This document shows positions 28,284 through 36,904 of a stretch of 64,000 nucleotides of DNA, one piece after another. Every line of letters starts with the position of its first letter. Positions within the stretch are counted from its first letter, which is position 1. The notes under the pieces are model-generated. The model did no database searches, was not told the DNA's origin, and was given only the letters and a program-made list of their open reading frames with translations. The position numbers and the translations under genes were made by a program. The DNA comes from Synergistota bacterium (GTDB taxonomy: Bacteria; Synergistota; Synergistia; Synergistales; 79-D21). The stretch is taken from assembly GCA_022839995.1 (NCBI GenBank), contig JALHIN010000008.1:120-64119 (forward strand), in the 5' to 3' direction.

Positions 28284-29170
28284 CGCCCGCCACCCCCTTC
28301 GGCAGTTCTGGGTGAACGATCCTTACGGTTGAAGAGTGACCGGATGAAGCGGGGTCCGAGTTCGTGCTGCCCCATGATCCCTTCCGGACGGACGACCATG
28401 ATGATGACCATGACCGCACCGTAAATCAGCATTCGATACTGGGAGATCGGCCGGAAGAGCTCTGTCACCAGGGTAATGACCGCGGTACCGATCAGGCTTC
28501 CGCTCAATGAGCCCAGCCCGCCGAAAACGACGACGGCAGTTAGCTCCGTGGACTTGTTGAGATCGAACATGACGGGCTGGATAAAGGTCAAAAAGCCTGC
28601 CATCAAAGCCCCGGCTACGCCGCAGTAAAAGGCGGAAATGGAAAGGCTCAGGACACGGTATCGCGCCGTGTTGAACCCCAAAAGCGACGCCGCGACATAG
28701 TCGTCCCGGCACGCCTTGAAAGCCCTGCCGAAATTGCTCCGGATCAGGAAGAACATCAAAACTGCCATGATCACGAAAAAGGTGGCCGCGACCGGAAGGT
28801 TCGTGTAATTGTCGATTCCCGGATACCCCCTGGCCCCTCGTGTGAAAGATTGCCAGTTTTCGAGGATGAGCCTGATGGATTCACCAAGCCCGATGGAGGC
28901 GATGGCGTAGTAATCCCCCATCAGGCGCAGGGTCGGAACGCCGATGCAATAGGCGATCACCATTGCGATGATTCCCCCGGCAAGGATTGCCGGAAGCCAG
29001 TGAATGCCGTATCGAACCGTCATGATGGCCGCAGTATAGGCTCCGATCGCCATGTAGCCCGCGTGGCCAAGTGTGAAGACCCCCGTGAAGCCCGTCAGCA
29101 GCGAAACACCCATAGCGGCGATTCCGTTGATGAACAGGAGGATGATGATTCCCTCTACGTACCCTGACAT
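28280..29170 (-). CDS. livM: branched-chain amino acid ABC transporter permease
   Basis: 296 aa polytopic. FTGVFTLGHAGYMAIGAY and GGLGSLSGSLIG motifs of LivM-type permeases. Confidence 0.88.
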   Translation of the reverse strand: MSGYVEGIIILLFINGIAAMGVSLLTGFTGVFTLGHAGYMAIGAYTAAIMTVRYGIHWLPAILAGGIIAMVIAYCIGVPTLRLMGDYYAIASIGLGESIRLILENWQSFTRGARGYPGIDNYTNLPVAATFFVIMAVLMFFLIRSNFGRAFKACRDDYVAASLLGFNTARYRVLSLSISAFYCGVAGALMAGFLTFIQPVMFDLNKSTELTAVVVFGGLGSLSGSLIGTAVITLVTELFRPISQYRMLIYGAVMVIIMVVRPEGIMGQHELGPRFIRSLFNRKDRSPRTAEGGGGR

Positions 29171-29182
29171 GGGGAAAACCTC

Positions 29183-30103
29183 CTAAACCTTTTCGCTGAC
29201 CTGCTTTCCCAAGAGGCCGGAAGGCCTCCAGAGAAGCGTCAGGACCAGCATGCCAAACACGACCAGGTCGCGCATCTGGCTGGAAATGAACCCGGCTGTC
29301 AGCATTTCTGCCAAACCGAGGATCAGGCTGCCGAGCACGGCGCCGGGCAGGCTGCCCAGGCCTCCGATGACTGCGGCTACAAATGCCTTGATCGTGATAA
29401 AGCCCAGCTGGGGATAGAGCGTGTAGCGAACCGACAGGAAGATGCCTCCGACTGCTGCGAGCAGCCCGGCGACGAAAAAAACGATCGAGATGAGCCGGTT
29501 CACGTTGACTCCCATCAGCCCGGAGGTGCGCAGGTCATAGGAGGCAGCCCGGATGGCAAGGCCCCATTTCGTCTTGCTGAGGAAGAGTTGGAGCCCTGTA
29601 AGGAAAAGGACCGCCATGCCCAGGGAGAGGATGTCAAATGCGCTTGTCGTGGCCAGTCCGAAGAAATTCACGGGGTCGGTCGGGATGACCGGGGGAAGTG
29701 CGCGGAACCGTCCCCCGACTGTGACGACGAAGATGTTTTCTATGACGATGCTCATGCCCATGGAGGCGATCAGCAGGTAGAGGGTGACGTTTGTCCGCTC
29801 CCGGATGGGTTTGTATGCGAGTTTTTCAACCAGGATTGCGACCACACCGGCGCCGACCATGGCCAGGAGGCCTGATAGCCAGATGTTGTGTCCCATCGCG
29901 GCCAGAGTGTAATAGCAGATGTAGCCCCCGATGACCAGAAAGCCGCCATGAGCGAAGTTGGAAAACAGCAGGATGGAATAAACCAGCGAATAGCCGACGG
30001 CGATCAATGCATAGACGGATCCGAGGGAAAGTCCGTTTATCACTTGTTGTATCAATGTATCCAAGTGGCCAACACCTCGCTTGCCAAACAGGATATCCCG
30101 CAA
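29183..30103 (-). CDS. livH: branched-chain amino acid ABC transporter permease
   Basis: LIQQVINGLSLGSVYALIAVGYSLVY canonical LivH N-terminus. The true start may be the TTG at 30064 (after GAGGTG) rather than 30103. Confidence 0.88.
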   Translation of the reverse strand: MRDILFGKRGVGHLDTLIQQVINGLSLGSVYALIAVGYSLVYSILLFSNFAHGGFLVIGGYICYYTLAAMGHNIWLSGLLAMVGAGVVAILVEKLAYKPIRERTNVTLYLLIASMGMSIVIENIFVVTVGGRFRALPPVIPTDPVNFFGLATTSAFDILSLGMAVLFLTGLQLFLSKTKWGLAIRAASYDLRTSGLMGVNVNRLISIVFFVAGLLAAVGGIFLSVRYTLYPQLGFITIKAFVAAVIGGLGSLPGAVLGSLILGLAEMLTAGFISSQMRDLVVFGMLVLTLLWRPSGLLGKQVSEKV

Positions 30104-30142
30104 GTCAGGGAATTCATGAAGCAGGTGGTTCGGGGCGGGGAC

Positions 30143-30184
30143 AAAAAACCGAGAAGGCGGACGCGGACTTCCGCGCCCGCCTTC
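30143..30184 (-). terminator. intra-operon terminator/attenuator hairpin between livJ-like gene and livH
   Basis: On the minus strand: GAAGGCGGGCGCGGA-AGT-TCCGCGTCCGCCTTC (about 14 bp including one G-U), then TCGGTTTTTT. Confidence 0.7.
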
Positions 30185-30208
30185 CGATTGAGCCGATCGA
30201 CCGTAGAA

Positions 30209-31363
30209 CTACTTGGGCTGAACCTTCGTGTGGAAGACAGCCTTGCCGCCTTTCGCGAGAAGGACAACGGCCGTCTTGTTCATCGGGTTGTGGGTTTTCG
30301 GGTCGATGGACATGACGGCGTGATGCAGCTTGACTTCCTTGGTCTTCTCCAGGGCATCGCGAATGGCCGTACTATCTACCTTTCCTGCTCGCTTGATCGC
30401 GTCGGCGAGCCAGTAGACGGAGTCGTAGGCGAGGACCCCGTTGACGAATTCCTTGCACTCGTCGTTGTATTTTTTCTTGTAGGACTCGAAGAAGGGCTTC
30501 ATGGCGGGGTCTGCCGGGTCAACGTGGTTGATCCAGTAGCTGCCCTCCATGGAAGGTCCGGCGATTTCCCACATGAAGTCGCCGTAACCGTCGCCGCCGA
30601 TGAAGACGATGTCCTTCATGCCGAGCTCGCGGGCTTGTTTCATGATCAGTGCCATTTCCTTGCCCATGTTCGGAAGGACGAGGACTTCGGCCTTGCTGTC
30701 GCGGATGGTGGTCAGCTGGGCGCGGAAGTCAACGTCGGTTCCGGCGCGGAAGCCCTGATCGGCAACGACCGTGCCGCCGTACTTCTTGTAGTACTGCATG
30801 AAGAAGTCACGCAGTCCCTGCGAGTAGTCGCTGCCGACGTCGTAAAGGACGGCGGCCTTCATCTTCTTGAGATTCTTCGCGGTGAAATAGGCGATGACCT
30901 GTCCCTGGTAGGGGTCGGTGAAGCAGATGCGGAACATGTAGGGGTTCAGCTTGCCTTCGGGTGTCACCGTTACGTTCAGGTTCGTGGAGACTGTTCCGAT
31001 TTGGGGAATCCTGTACTTCGTGGAGAGGGGGGCCGTGGCGATGTTGATGCCGCTTCCGTTGGCTCCGATGACGGCGACCACCTTGTCATTCTCGGCCATC
31101 CTGCGGAAGGCGTTCACCGCATCTTCCGGGCGTGTGCGGAAGTCATAGGGAACGAGCTCGAGCTTCTTGCCCAGAATGCCGCCCTTGGCGTTGATCTCGT
31201 CAACTGCTAGCTTCGCCGAGTTCAATTCCGTCTGTCCATAGGCAGCCCAGTCGCCGGTAAGAGCGGCCAGGTACCCGACCTTGATCGTGTCCGCGGCCAT
31301 CGCCGAACCGGCGAACACGATCGCCAGCGCAACCGCAACCAGAAGCAGTCCCAACTTCCTCAA
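30209..31363 (-). CDS. livJ: branched-chain amino acid ABC transporter substrate-binding protein
   Basis: TTG 31363 (7 nt after GGAGGTGG) gives MRKLGLLLVAVALAIVFAGSAMA signal peptide. ADTIKVGYLAALTGDWAAYG is typical of the Leu/Ile/Val-binding family. The track ORF extends upstream to 31624. Confidence 0.88.
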   Translation of the reverse strand: MRKLGLLLVAVALAIVFAGSAMAADTIKVGYLAALTGDWAAYGQTELNSAKLAVDEINAKGGILGKKLELVPYDFRTRPEDAVNAFRRMAENDKVVAVIGANGSGINIATAPLSTKYRIPQIGTVSTNLNVTVTPEGKLNPYMFRICFTDPYQGQVIAYFTAKNLKKMKAAVLYDVGSDYSQGLRDFFMQYYKKYGGTVVADQGFRAGTDVDFRAQLTTIRDSKAEVLVLPNMGKEMALIMKQARELGMKDIVFIGGDGYGDFMWEIAGPSMEGSYWINHVDPADPAMKPFFESYKKKYNDECKEFVNGVLAYDSVYWLADAIKRAGKVDSTAIRDALEKTKEVKLHHAVMSIDPKTHNPMNKTAVVLLAKGGKAVFHTKVQPK

Positions 31364-31514
31364 AACCAACCACCTCCAATGATTGTTTGGAACTTTCAAA
31401 CGCGCATCGATTCTATCACAAAACCTAAGGGCGGTGGATGTTTCAACGGCGGGGCCGCGCTGATGTATAAGGTCCCTGCTGGTACAATGAACCTGTCTGG
31501 AAGGGAGGTGCAAC

Positions 31515-32399
31515 GTGAAACTTTTCGTTACGGATATCGATGGGACGCTGACGGATGGAAACCGGGTCCCGCAAGAGGTCGTGGAAGCCTGCAGGCGATT
31601 GAGAACCCTGGGGTGGAGGTTCATGATCGCGACTGGCCGAATTTGGGCTTCGGCCAGACCTTTCGCGGAAGCGATCGGGGCTGACCTTCCGTCGATCGTC
31701 TATGACGGCGCGCGGGTCCTTCAGGACGGGGGGGCGCATCCCTTATCGTACCGAGAGTGGAAGATCCCGAGCGAAAGGGCGGGGCGGGTCCTGGAGCTTG
31801 GATGGGAATCTTCCATGCTGATCCAGGCGTACGGGGATGAAGAGGTCACCTGCAGGCCAGGAGACGAGGTCACCAGCGGGTTCTTTCGAAGAATCAACGT
31901 CCCGGTCAGGCCGGATTTGAGTGCACCGCGCCTCGGCTTTGATCCCTATCGGATCATCTTTTACGGCAACCCTTCGGAAGCTAGGGAGCTAGGAGAAAGG
32001 ATCAGGGAGAGCCTCGAGGGGGTAGAGGTGACTCTTGCCGGAGAAGGCTTCCTGGACATCCTGCCGGCAGGGGTGTCGAAAGGAGCCGCTTTCAGGGCCT
32101 TCAGGACGTCGGCCAGGTTAAAGCCGGAGGCGATTGTCGCCGCAGGCGATCACCTGAACGATATAGACCTGCTTCTGGAAGCCGACCTAGCGGTCACCTT
32201 CCGGGATGCTCCGCCGGAAGTGCGGCGGGCGGCCCACCTGGTCCTTCCCCCCGCTTCATCCATGGGATTCCTCGAACTTTGCCGGTTCCTCGAGAGGGAG
32301 GAATCGAAACCGTTCTTCTCCAAAGGGAGACAGGAGCAAAGGAGGGGGTGCCCGCTGTGCCTCGGCGGGCAACCGCCCGAAATCAAACGGGAGGTGTGA
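31515..32399 (+). CDS. HAD-superfamily hydrolase, Cof-like (subfamily IIB)
   Basis: GTG start. KLFVTDIDGTL motif I, MIATGR motif II, GDHLNDIDLL motif IV. Confidence 0.8.
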   Translation: MKLFVTDIDGTLTDGNRVPQEVVEACRRLRTLGWRFMIATGRIWASARPFAEAIGADLPSIVYDGARVLQDGGAHPLSYREWKIPSERAGRVLELGWESSMLIQAYGDEEVTCRPGDEVTSGFFRRINVPVRPDLSAPRLGFDPYRIIFYGNPSEARELGERIRESLEGVEVTLAGEGFLDILPAGVSKGAAFRAFRTSARLKPEAIVAAGDHLNDIDLLLEADLAVTFRDAPPEVRRAAHLVLPPASSMGFLELCRFLEREESKPFFSKGRQEQRRGCPLCLGGQPPEIKREV

Positions 32400-32401
32400 A
32401 C

Positions 32402-32899
32402 ATGTCCGCAATCAAGGGATGGGAAGTCGTAGGAATGGAGATCCCCGAGGGGTGCAACATCATCCTGGGGCAAAGTCACTTCATCAAGACAGTAGAAGAC
32501 CTGTTCGAAGCTCTCGTTACATCGTCCCCTAGCCTGCAGTTCGGAATCGCCTTTTGCGAGGCTTCCGAACCCTGCCTGATCCGCCGTGACGGCAACTGCC
32601 CGGAATTGGTCGAGGCAGCGGTGAAAAATGCCCAGGCGCTCTCCGCTGGACACGCATTTGTTGTCCTCATCCGCAACGGATATCCGATCAACGTCCTGAA
32701 CCGCATCAAGGAAGTACAGGAAGTCTGCGGGATTTTTGCTGCTACGGCAAACCCGCTTGAAGTCCTGGTATTCGAAACCGGGCAAGGCCGAGGGATTGCC
32801 GGCGTAGTGGATGGTTTCGCATCGAAGGGCATCGAAGAGGAAAGCCACGTTGCTGCCCGAAAAAACCTGCTGAGGAACATCATCGGCTACAAGCGGTAG
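32402..32899 (+). CDS. adenosine-specific-kinase-family protein (PF04008-like, 165 aa)
   Basis: ILGQSHFIKTVEDLFEAL...FGIAFCEAS...GHAFVVL...YPINVLNRIKEVQEV...ATANP...GYKR matches my memory of this family. ATG 32402 inside track ORF 32279. Confidence 0.6.
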   Translation: MSAIKGWEVVGMEIPEGCNIILGQSHFIKTVEDLFEALVTSSPSLQFGIAFCEASEPCLIRRDGNCPELVEAAVKNAQALSAGHAFVVLIRNGYPINVLNRIKEVQEVCGIFAATANPLEVLVFETGQGRGIAGVVDGFASKGIEEESHVAARKNLLRNIIGYKR

Positions 32900-32918
32900 G
32901 GAAGGCTTGCCGGGATTC

Positions 32919-34307
32919 TCAACGCAGGGGCGGTTCGCCGAGGGCCGCCCCCTTTCTTTTCCAACCAAGCAAACAGCATAGGGCGGAAATGAAAAGACCC
33001 CAAGAAAGCGGATTTCCGGGAAGATGGGTCAGCGGCCAGGCAAGGGTAAAGGCCAGGCCGGAAAAAGAGGAGAGGAAGGCCCATCCTGGACTGAGCCGCT
33101 TCGGAGCGAGGAGGGCCAGGGAAAAGGGAAGGAAGGTCCCGGCGCCCCGGAGGCCCATGCTGAGGTAACTCCAGGAAAGGATAAGGGAACCCGGGGTAAA
33201 AAGGGCCAGAAAAGCGGCCAGCACGACTAGGACGAGAAGTGTCATTCGATGGGTCAGAAGAAGGCCTCCGTCTTTTGGCTTTTGGGGCCGGAAAACGGAG
33301 GGAAGGTCTCGAACCAGGTTTGTTGCGATTCCGAGGCAAAGGCCGGCAGCGGTTCCGATGATCGTGATGGCGATTCCACTCCAGAGTGCACCTGCAACGA
33401 AAGGATGGAAATGCTCGGCAAGGAACTTCGGCAGGACCTGGGAAGCGACCAGTCCCGGCTGCCGAACCCGCATCCCGAGTCCTACCCAGATGGCAAACAG
33501 GCCGAGCGGGGGCATCAGGAAGGCGGAAAGCAGTGCGCCCTTCCGGGCTGTTTCCTCGCTCGAAGCCGAGAAGACCGCCTGGATGTAAATCTGTGTCGTC
33601 ATGACTCCCACCACAAGGGAAACCCCGGCGTTCAGGTCGACCCCCAGACCCCTTCCGAAAAGGTTGAACCATGGATGGAACGGAAGGCTTTCCCAGAGGG
33701 GGGGGAGCGAGCGCCCCTCCAAGGTGGTAGCCGCTGCACAGGCTGCGAGGACAAGATAGAGAAATGCGATCTTGGCCTTTCCCAGGACCCCGTAGCTCTT
33801 CAATCCGCCAAGAAGGATGAAGCCGAGAACAGCCAGTGCGACAACCACCGCGGCGGCTTCACGGGAAATGGGCCAGATTCCCTGGATCATGGCAAGGCCT
33901 GCCAGGAACTGGGCTACCACCGAAACGAACGTTCCGAGGGTGGATGCAGCCAAAGCGACGATCCCGGTTCCCTTTCCATATTCCATCGCAAGGAACTCCG
34001 GTATCGTCGCAAGTCCGGTCCGTCGCAGCGGGCGAGCAAACCAGAGCCCCAGGATCAGGCATCCGATGCCGCCTCCGAGGGTAAACCACCAGGCAGAAAA
34101 CCCCCACCGGTATGCCATTTCGACCGTCCCTACCGTGCTTGCTCCTCCGACGAGGGCACCGAGGAGAATCCCGCTGACCTCGAGGGAACCCGCCCTGCGT
34201 CCTGCCAGGGTGTAGTCCGAAGCGGAGCGGATCCCCCTGGCCGAAAGTGTCCCCAGGAACACGAAGGCCAGAAAGACGATCGCTGATCCCATCCCAAAGG
34301 CAAGCAT
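32919..34307 (-). CDS. sodium:solute symporter (SSS) family transporter
   Basis: About 460 aa with 12-13 hydrophobic segments. DYTLAGRRAGSLEVSGILLGALVGGASTVGT is the SSS N-terminal signature. ATG 34307 inside track ORF. Confidence 0.8.
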   Translation of the reverse strand: MLAFGMGSAIVFLAFVFLGTLSARGIRSASDYTLAGRRAGSLEVSGILLGALVGGASTVGTVEMAYRWGFSAWWFTLGGGIGCLILGLWFARPLRRTGLATIPEFLAMEYGKGTGIVALAASTLGTFVSVVAQFLAGLAMIQGIWPISREAAAVVVALAVLGFILLGGLKSYGVLGKAKIAFLYLVLAACAAATTLEGRSLPPLWESLPFHPWFNLFGRGLGVDLNAGVSLVVGVMTTQIYIQAVFSASSEETARKGALLSAFLMPPLGLFAIWVGLGMRVRQPGLVASQVLPKFLAEHFHPFVAGALWSGIAITIIGTAAGLCLGIATNLVRDLPSVFRPQKPKDGGLLLTHRMTLLVLVVLAAFLALFTPGSLILSWSYLSMGLRGAGTFLPFSLALLAPKRLSPGWAFLSSFSGLAFTLAWPLTHLPGNPLSWGLFISALCCLLGWKRKGAALGEPPLR

Positions 34308-34434
34308 GGCGTTCGTTCCTTTCGTTATCGGATCTGCCGTTCCAGGAAATCGGCGCAAATGACGGATCCACGGCGTTATGTTATTTTTATCACAGAGAAC
34401 ACCATGCTGACGTAGACCGGGGGGGTCGGACTTC

Positions 34435-34800
34435 TTGAACCTGAAGCAAATCGCATATTGTATCGGAGCGGAAATCCTACACGGTGAAAACCTGCTCGAG
34501 AAGGTGGAGATCGAAAGAGCCTACGCGTCGGACCTGATGAGCGACGTGTTGGCTTTTGCCAGCCCGGGAACCCTCCTTTTGACGGGGCTGACCAACGTCC
34601 AGATTATCCGGACAGCGCAGATGATGGATATCCCGGCAGTGGTCTTCGTCAGGGGCAAAAAGCCGCAGGAAGAAGCGGTGGCCCTTGCAAGGTCGATCGG
34701 CATGCCCCTGCTGGTCTCTTCGAAAAGCATGTACGAGACTTGCGGCCGGCTCTACGCAGCCGGTCTTTCTCCGTGCGTCATTCCCTGCCGGGAGGCCTAG
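34435..34800 (+). CDS. DRTGG-domain protein (121 aa)
   Basis: ASDLMSDVLAF...LLLTGLTNVQIIRTAQMMDIPAVVFVRGKKP pattern of stand-alone DRTGG proteins; first gene of the module. Confidence 0.65.
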   Translation: MNLKQIAYCIGAEILHGENLLEKVEIERAYASDLMSDVLAFASPGTLLLTGLTNVQIIRTAQMMDIPAVVFVRGKKPQEEAVALARSIGMPLLVSSKSMYETCGRLYAAGLSPCVIPCREA

Positions 34801-34803
34801 CGT

Positions 34804-35232
34804 GTGGATAGCCATTACGAAGTGGAATTCCCGGTGAGGGGAGACGATTTCCTCGCGGCCGGAGAGGCGTCCAACCAGATAAAGGAAACGCTGGTCATGC
34901 TGGGAGTTCCATCGTCCATCTCCAGGCGGGCATCTGTCATTACCTACGAAGCGGAAATGAATCTCGTGATTCACGCCGGGGGAGGGATCCTGAGGGCAAT
35001 CATCACGCCGGAAAAATTGACGATCGAAGCGATAGACCGTGGACCGGGCATTCCCGATCTCGACCTTGCCATGAGAGAAGGGTTTTCGACCGCCTCCGAC
35101 AGAGTTCGCGAGATGGGTTTCGGTGCCGGTATGGGGCTGCCGAACATCAAGCGGAATGCCGATTCCCTGGAAATCGACACGGAGGTCGGCAAGGGAACCA
35201 CGCTGACCGCAACAGTTTTTTTCGGCCGGTAG
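34804..35232 (+). CDS. GHKL-type ATPase, RsbW/SpoIIAB-like anti-sigma-factor-type Ser/Thr kinase
   Basis: 142 aa. EAEMNLVIHA (N-box-like), DRGPGIPD (G1), GFGAGMGLPNIKR (G2). Confidence 0.75.
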   Translation: MDSHYEVEFPVRGDDFLAAGEASNQIKETLVMLGVPSSISRRASVITYEAEMNLVIHAGGGILRAIITPEKLTIEAIDRGPGIPDLDLAMREGFSTASDRVREMGFGAGMGLPNIKRNADSLEIDTEVGKGTTLTATVFFGR

Positions 35233-35253
35233 CCGGAAGCAGGGGGTAGGGGC

Positions 35254-36567
35254 ATGGAAACGGGGATCAAGATCGTCGAAGGCAGCTGCAAGGGATGTGT
35301 CAACTGCATCAAGTCCTGTCCAACGGAAGCCCTGAGAGTCATCGAAGGAAGGGTGAAGATCCTTCCAGAACTCTGCATCGATTGCGGGGAATGTCTCCGG
35401 AGCTGCCGGGAGAAGGCCCTGGCCCTGGACGAGGACGATTGGGACCTCATCAAAAGCCACGGCCCTGTGGCGCTCATGGCCGATCCCACCTTCTGCGCCC
35501 AGTTCTCGCATTACTGGAGCCCGAGCCTCATCCGGGAGGCCTTGGCCTCCCTTGAAATGAAGGATCTCTTCGACCAGGCCGCTGTTGCCTTCGACCTTGC
35601 CGCCCTTGCGACTGCCAGGCAATTGGAGGAAGCCTCCAGGGAGAGCCTTCCCCTGATCTCGATTTATTGCCCGGCGGTCGTTCGGCTGATTCAAGTTCGG
35701 TTTCCCGAGCTGCTTCACCGGCTCGTGAAAACGGAAACCCCTCTAGAAACGGGAACCCTTCTCTGGAGAAGGCGCAGAGGTTCGAAAGAGGGCGTGATCC
35801 TGGTGACCCCCTGCAGTGCGAAGGTGATGCTGGTTCGAGGGCCCGTGGGAAGGGCGAGGAGCATGATGGATCATGTCGTTTCAGTGAAGCGACTGGCGAG
35901 GGACCTCCTGGCTGCCGGTCCCAAGGTAGAGGGCAAATCCGAGAGCCCTATCGGGAGCCGGTGGCTAGCCTGGGCCCTCCGTGGAGGAGAAAGCCGGCAT
36001 GTGAAGGCGTTTTCCGGGAAAAAGCTGACGACCATGGCCGTATCAGGCCTCAGGAACACGATCGACCTTTTGCAGGACCTGGAACTAGGAAGGCTGAAGG
36101 GCGTCGATTTCGTCGAGTGCAGGGTTTGTGATCTTGGCTGCATCGGGGGAATCGGGAATGCGGAATCTCGCTTCCTTTCCGAACTAAGGCTTTCTCGCCA
36201 GCCCATCGAGTGGGATGTCACGGCGGACGAAAAAGCCGAGCTCTTTGAACTTTACGAATCAGGGATCTGGAAGCTCGAACAGCCGATCCAGCCAAGGCCC
36301 AGGCCTTCCCTGGCTGATTCCCTCGACGAGGCGATGAAGAAGTTGAAGGCGATGCAGGCCTTTTACGCTGAACTGCCCCATATCGATTGCGGAGCTTGCG
36401 GCCGTCCCTCGTGCAGGGCGCTAGCGGAAGACGTGGTGAGGGGCGAGGGAGAACTGACGGACTGCGTTTTCAAGTTGCGCGAAAGGATCTCCCTTCTTGG
36501 GGAGGAGATCACCCATTTGAGCGGGAAGCTGCCCCATGCCTTCCATGAAAGGAAACATCCGAAATGA
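35254..36567 (+). CDS. [FeFe]-hydrogenase-large-subunit-like Fe-S protein (2x[4Fe-4S] ferredoxin N-terminus, H-domain-like core, C-terminal CX2CX4CX16C cluster)
   Basis: CKGCVNCIKSCP and CIDCGECLRSC. H-cluster-like motifs ISIYCPAV, VTPCSAK, VECRVCDLGCIGGIG. C-terminal CGACGRPSC-x16-C. Confidence 0.7.
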   Translation: METGIKIVEGSCKGCVNCIKSCPTEALRVIEGRVKILPELCIDCGECLRSCREKALALDEDDWDLIKSHGPVALMADPTFCAQFSHYWSPSLIREALASLEMKDLFDQAAVAFDLAALATARQLEEASRESLPLISIYCPAVVRLIQVRFPELLHRLVKTETPLETGTLLWRRRRGSKEGVILVTPCSAKVMLVRGPVGRARSMMDHVVSVKRLARDLLAAGPKVEGKSESPIGSRWLAWALRGGESRHVKAFSGKKLTTMAVSGLRNTIDLLQDLELGRLKGVDFVECRVCDLGCIGGIGNAESRFLSELRLSRQPIEWDVTADEKAELFELYESGIWKLEQPIQPRPRPSLADSLDEAMKKLKAMQAFYAELPHIDCGACGRPSCRALAEDVVRGEGELTDCVFKLRERISLLGEEITHLSGKLPHAFHERKHPK

Positions 36568-36899
36568 CCGTTTTGTCCGTGATTGATGCCCTCGGACTGA
36601 TTGTCCACCATCTCGCGAACGAGGATCGCTCTGTATCCCGGGGGGTCGTCGGAGATCTCCTGAGCTTTGTCATGGGAGGGGCGCCCGAAGGAGCCGTCTG
36701 GGTTACGCTTCAGACGCATGTCAACATCGCGGCGGTCGCGGTCCTGAAGGAAATCCCGCTTGTAATCCTGGCATCGGGAAGGACCCCGGATGGAGATCTC
36801 TTGGAACGGTGCCGGAAAGAAAATATCGCCCTGGCAACCGCTTCGGCTTCCCCCTTCGATGTCTGCGGGGCCCTCCACGACCTGGGGATGAAGGGGTAA
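36564..36899 (+). CDS. DRTGG-domain protein, second copy (111 aa)
   Basis: VGDLLSFVMG...VWVTLQTHVNIAAVAVLKEIPLVILASGRTP parallels the first DRTGG gene; 4-nt overlap with the upstream gene. Confidence 0.6.
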   Translation: MTVLSVIDALGLIVHHLANEDRSVSRGVVGDLLSFVMGGAPEGAVWVTLQTHVNIAAVAVLKEIPLVILASGRTPDGDLLERCRKENIALATASASPFDVCGALHDLGMKG

Positions 36900-36904
36900 C
36901 CCGG

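Noticed and set aside
29888-31210. 440-aa plus-strand ORF antisense to livH/livJ. Similar long shadows: 19928-21274 (antisense to lat), 34477-35718 (antisense to the sensor module), 40776-42134 (antisense to rbr/DegT-like), 55707-56747 (antisense to holA), 62426-63757 (antisense to htrA)
   Set aside because: Each overlaps a gene with clear family motifs on the other strand, and each has an Arg/Gly/Pro/Asp-rich composition typical of GC-rich antisense frames.
31364-31624. N-terminal extensions offered by the ORF track. Examples: livJ to 31624, rplB from 1847, hisA to 45355, hisG to 47121, lat from 19745, radA from 49646, holA from 55593, dinG from 58046, PHP from 36809
   Set aside because: In each case an internal start with a good SD reproduces the canonical family N-terminus or a signal peptide. 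The extension often overlaps the upstream gene.
32150-32968. 272-aa minus-strand ORF across the HAD hydrolase / adenosine-kinase-like genes
   Set aside because: It is antisense to two ORFs with clear family motifs and has no motifs of its own.
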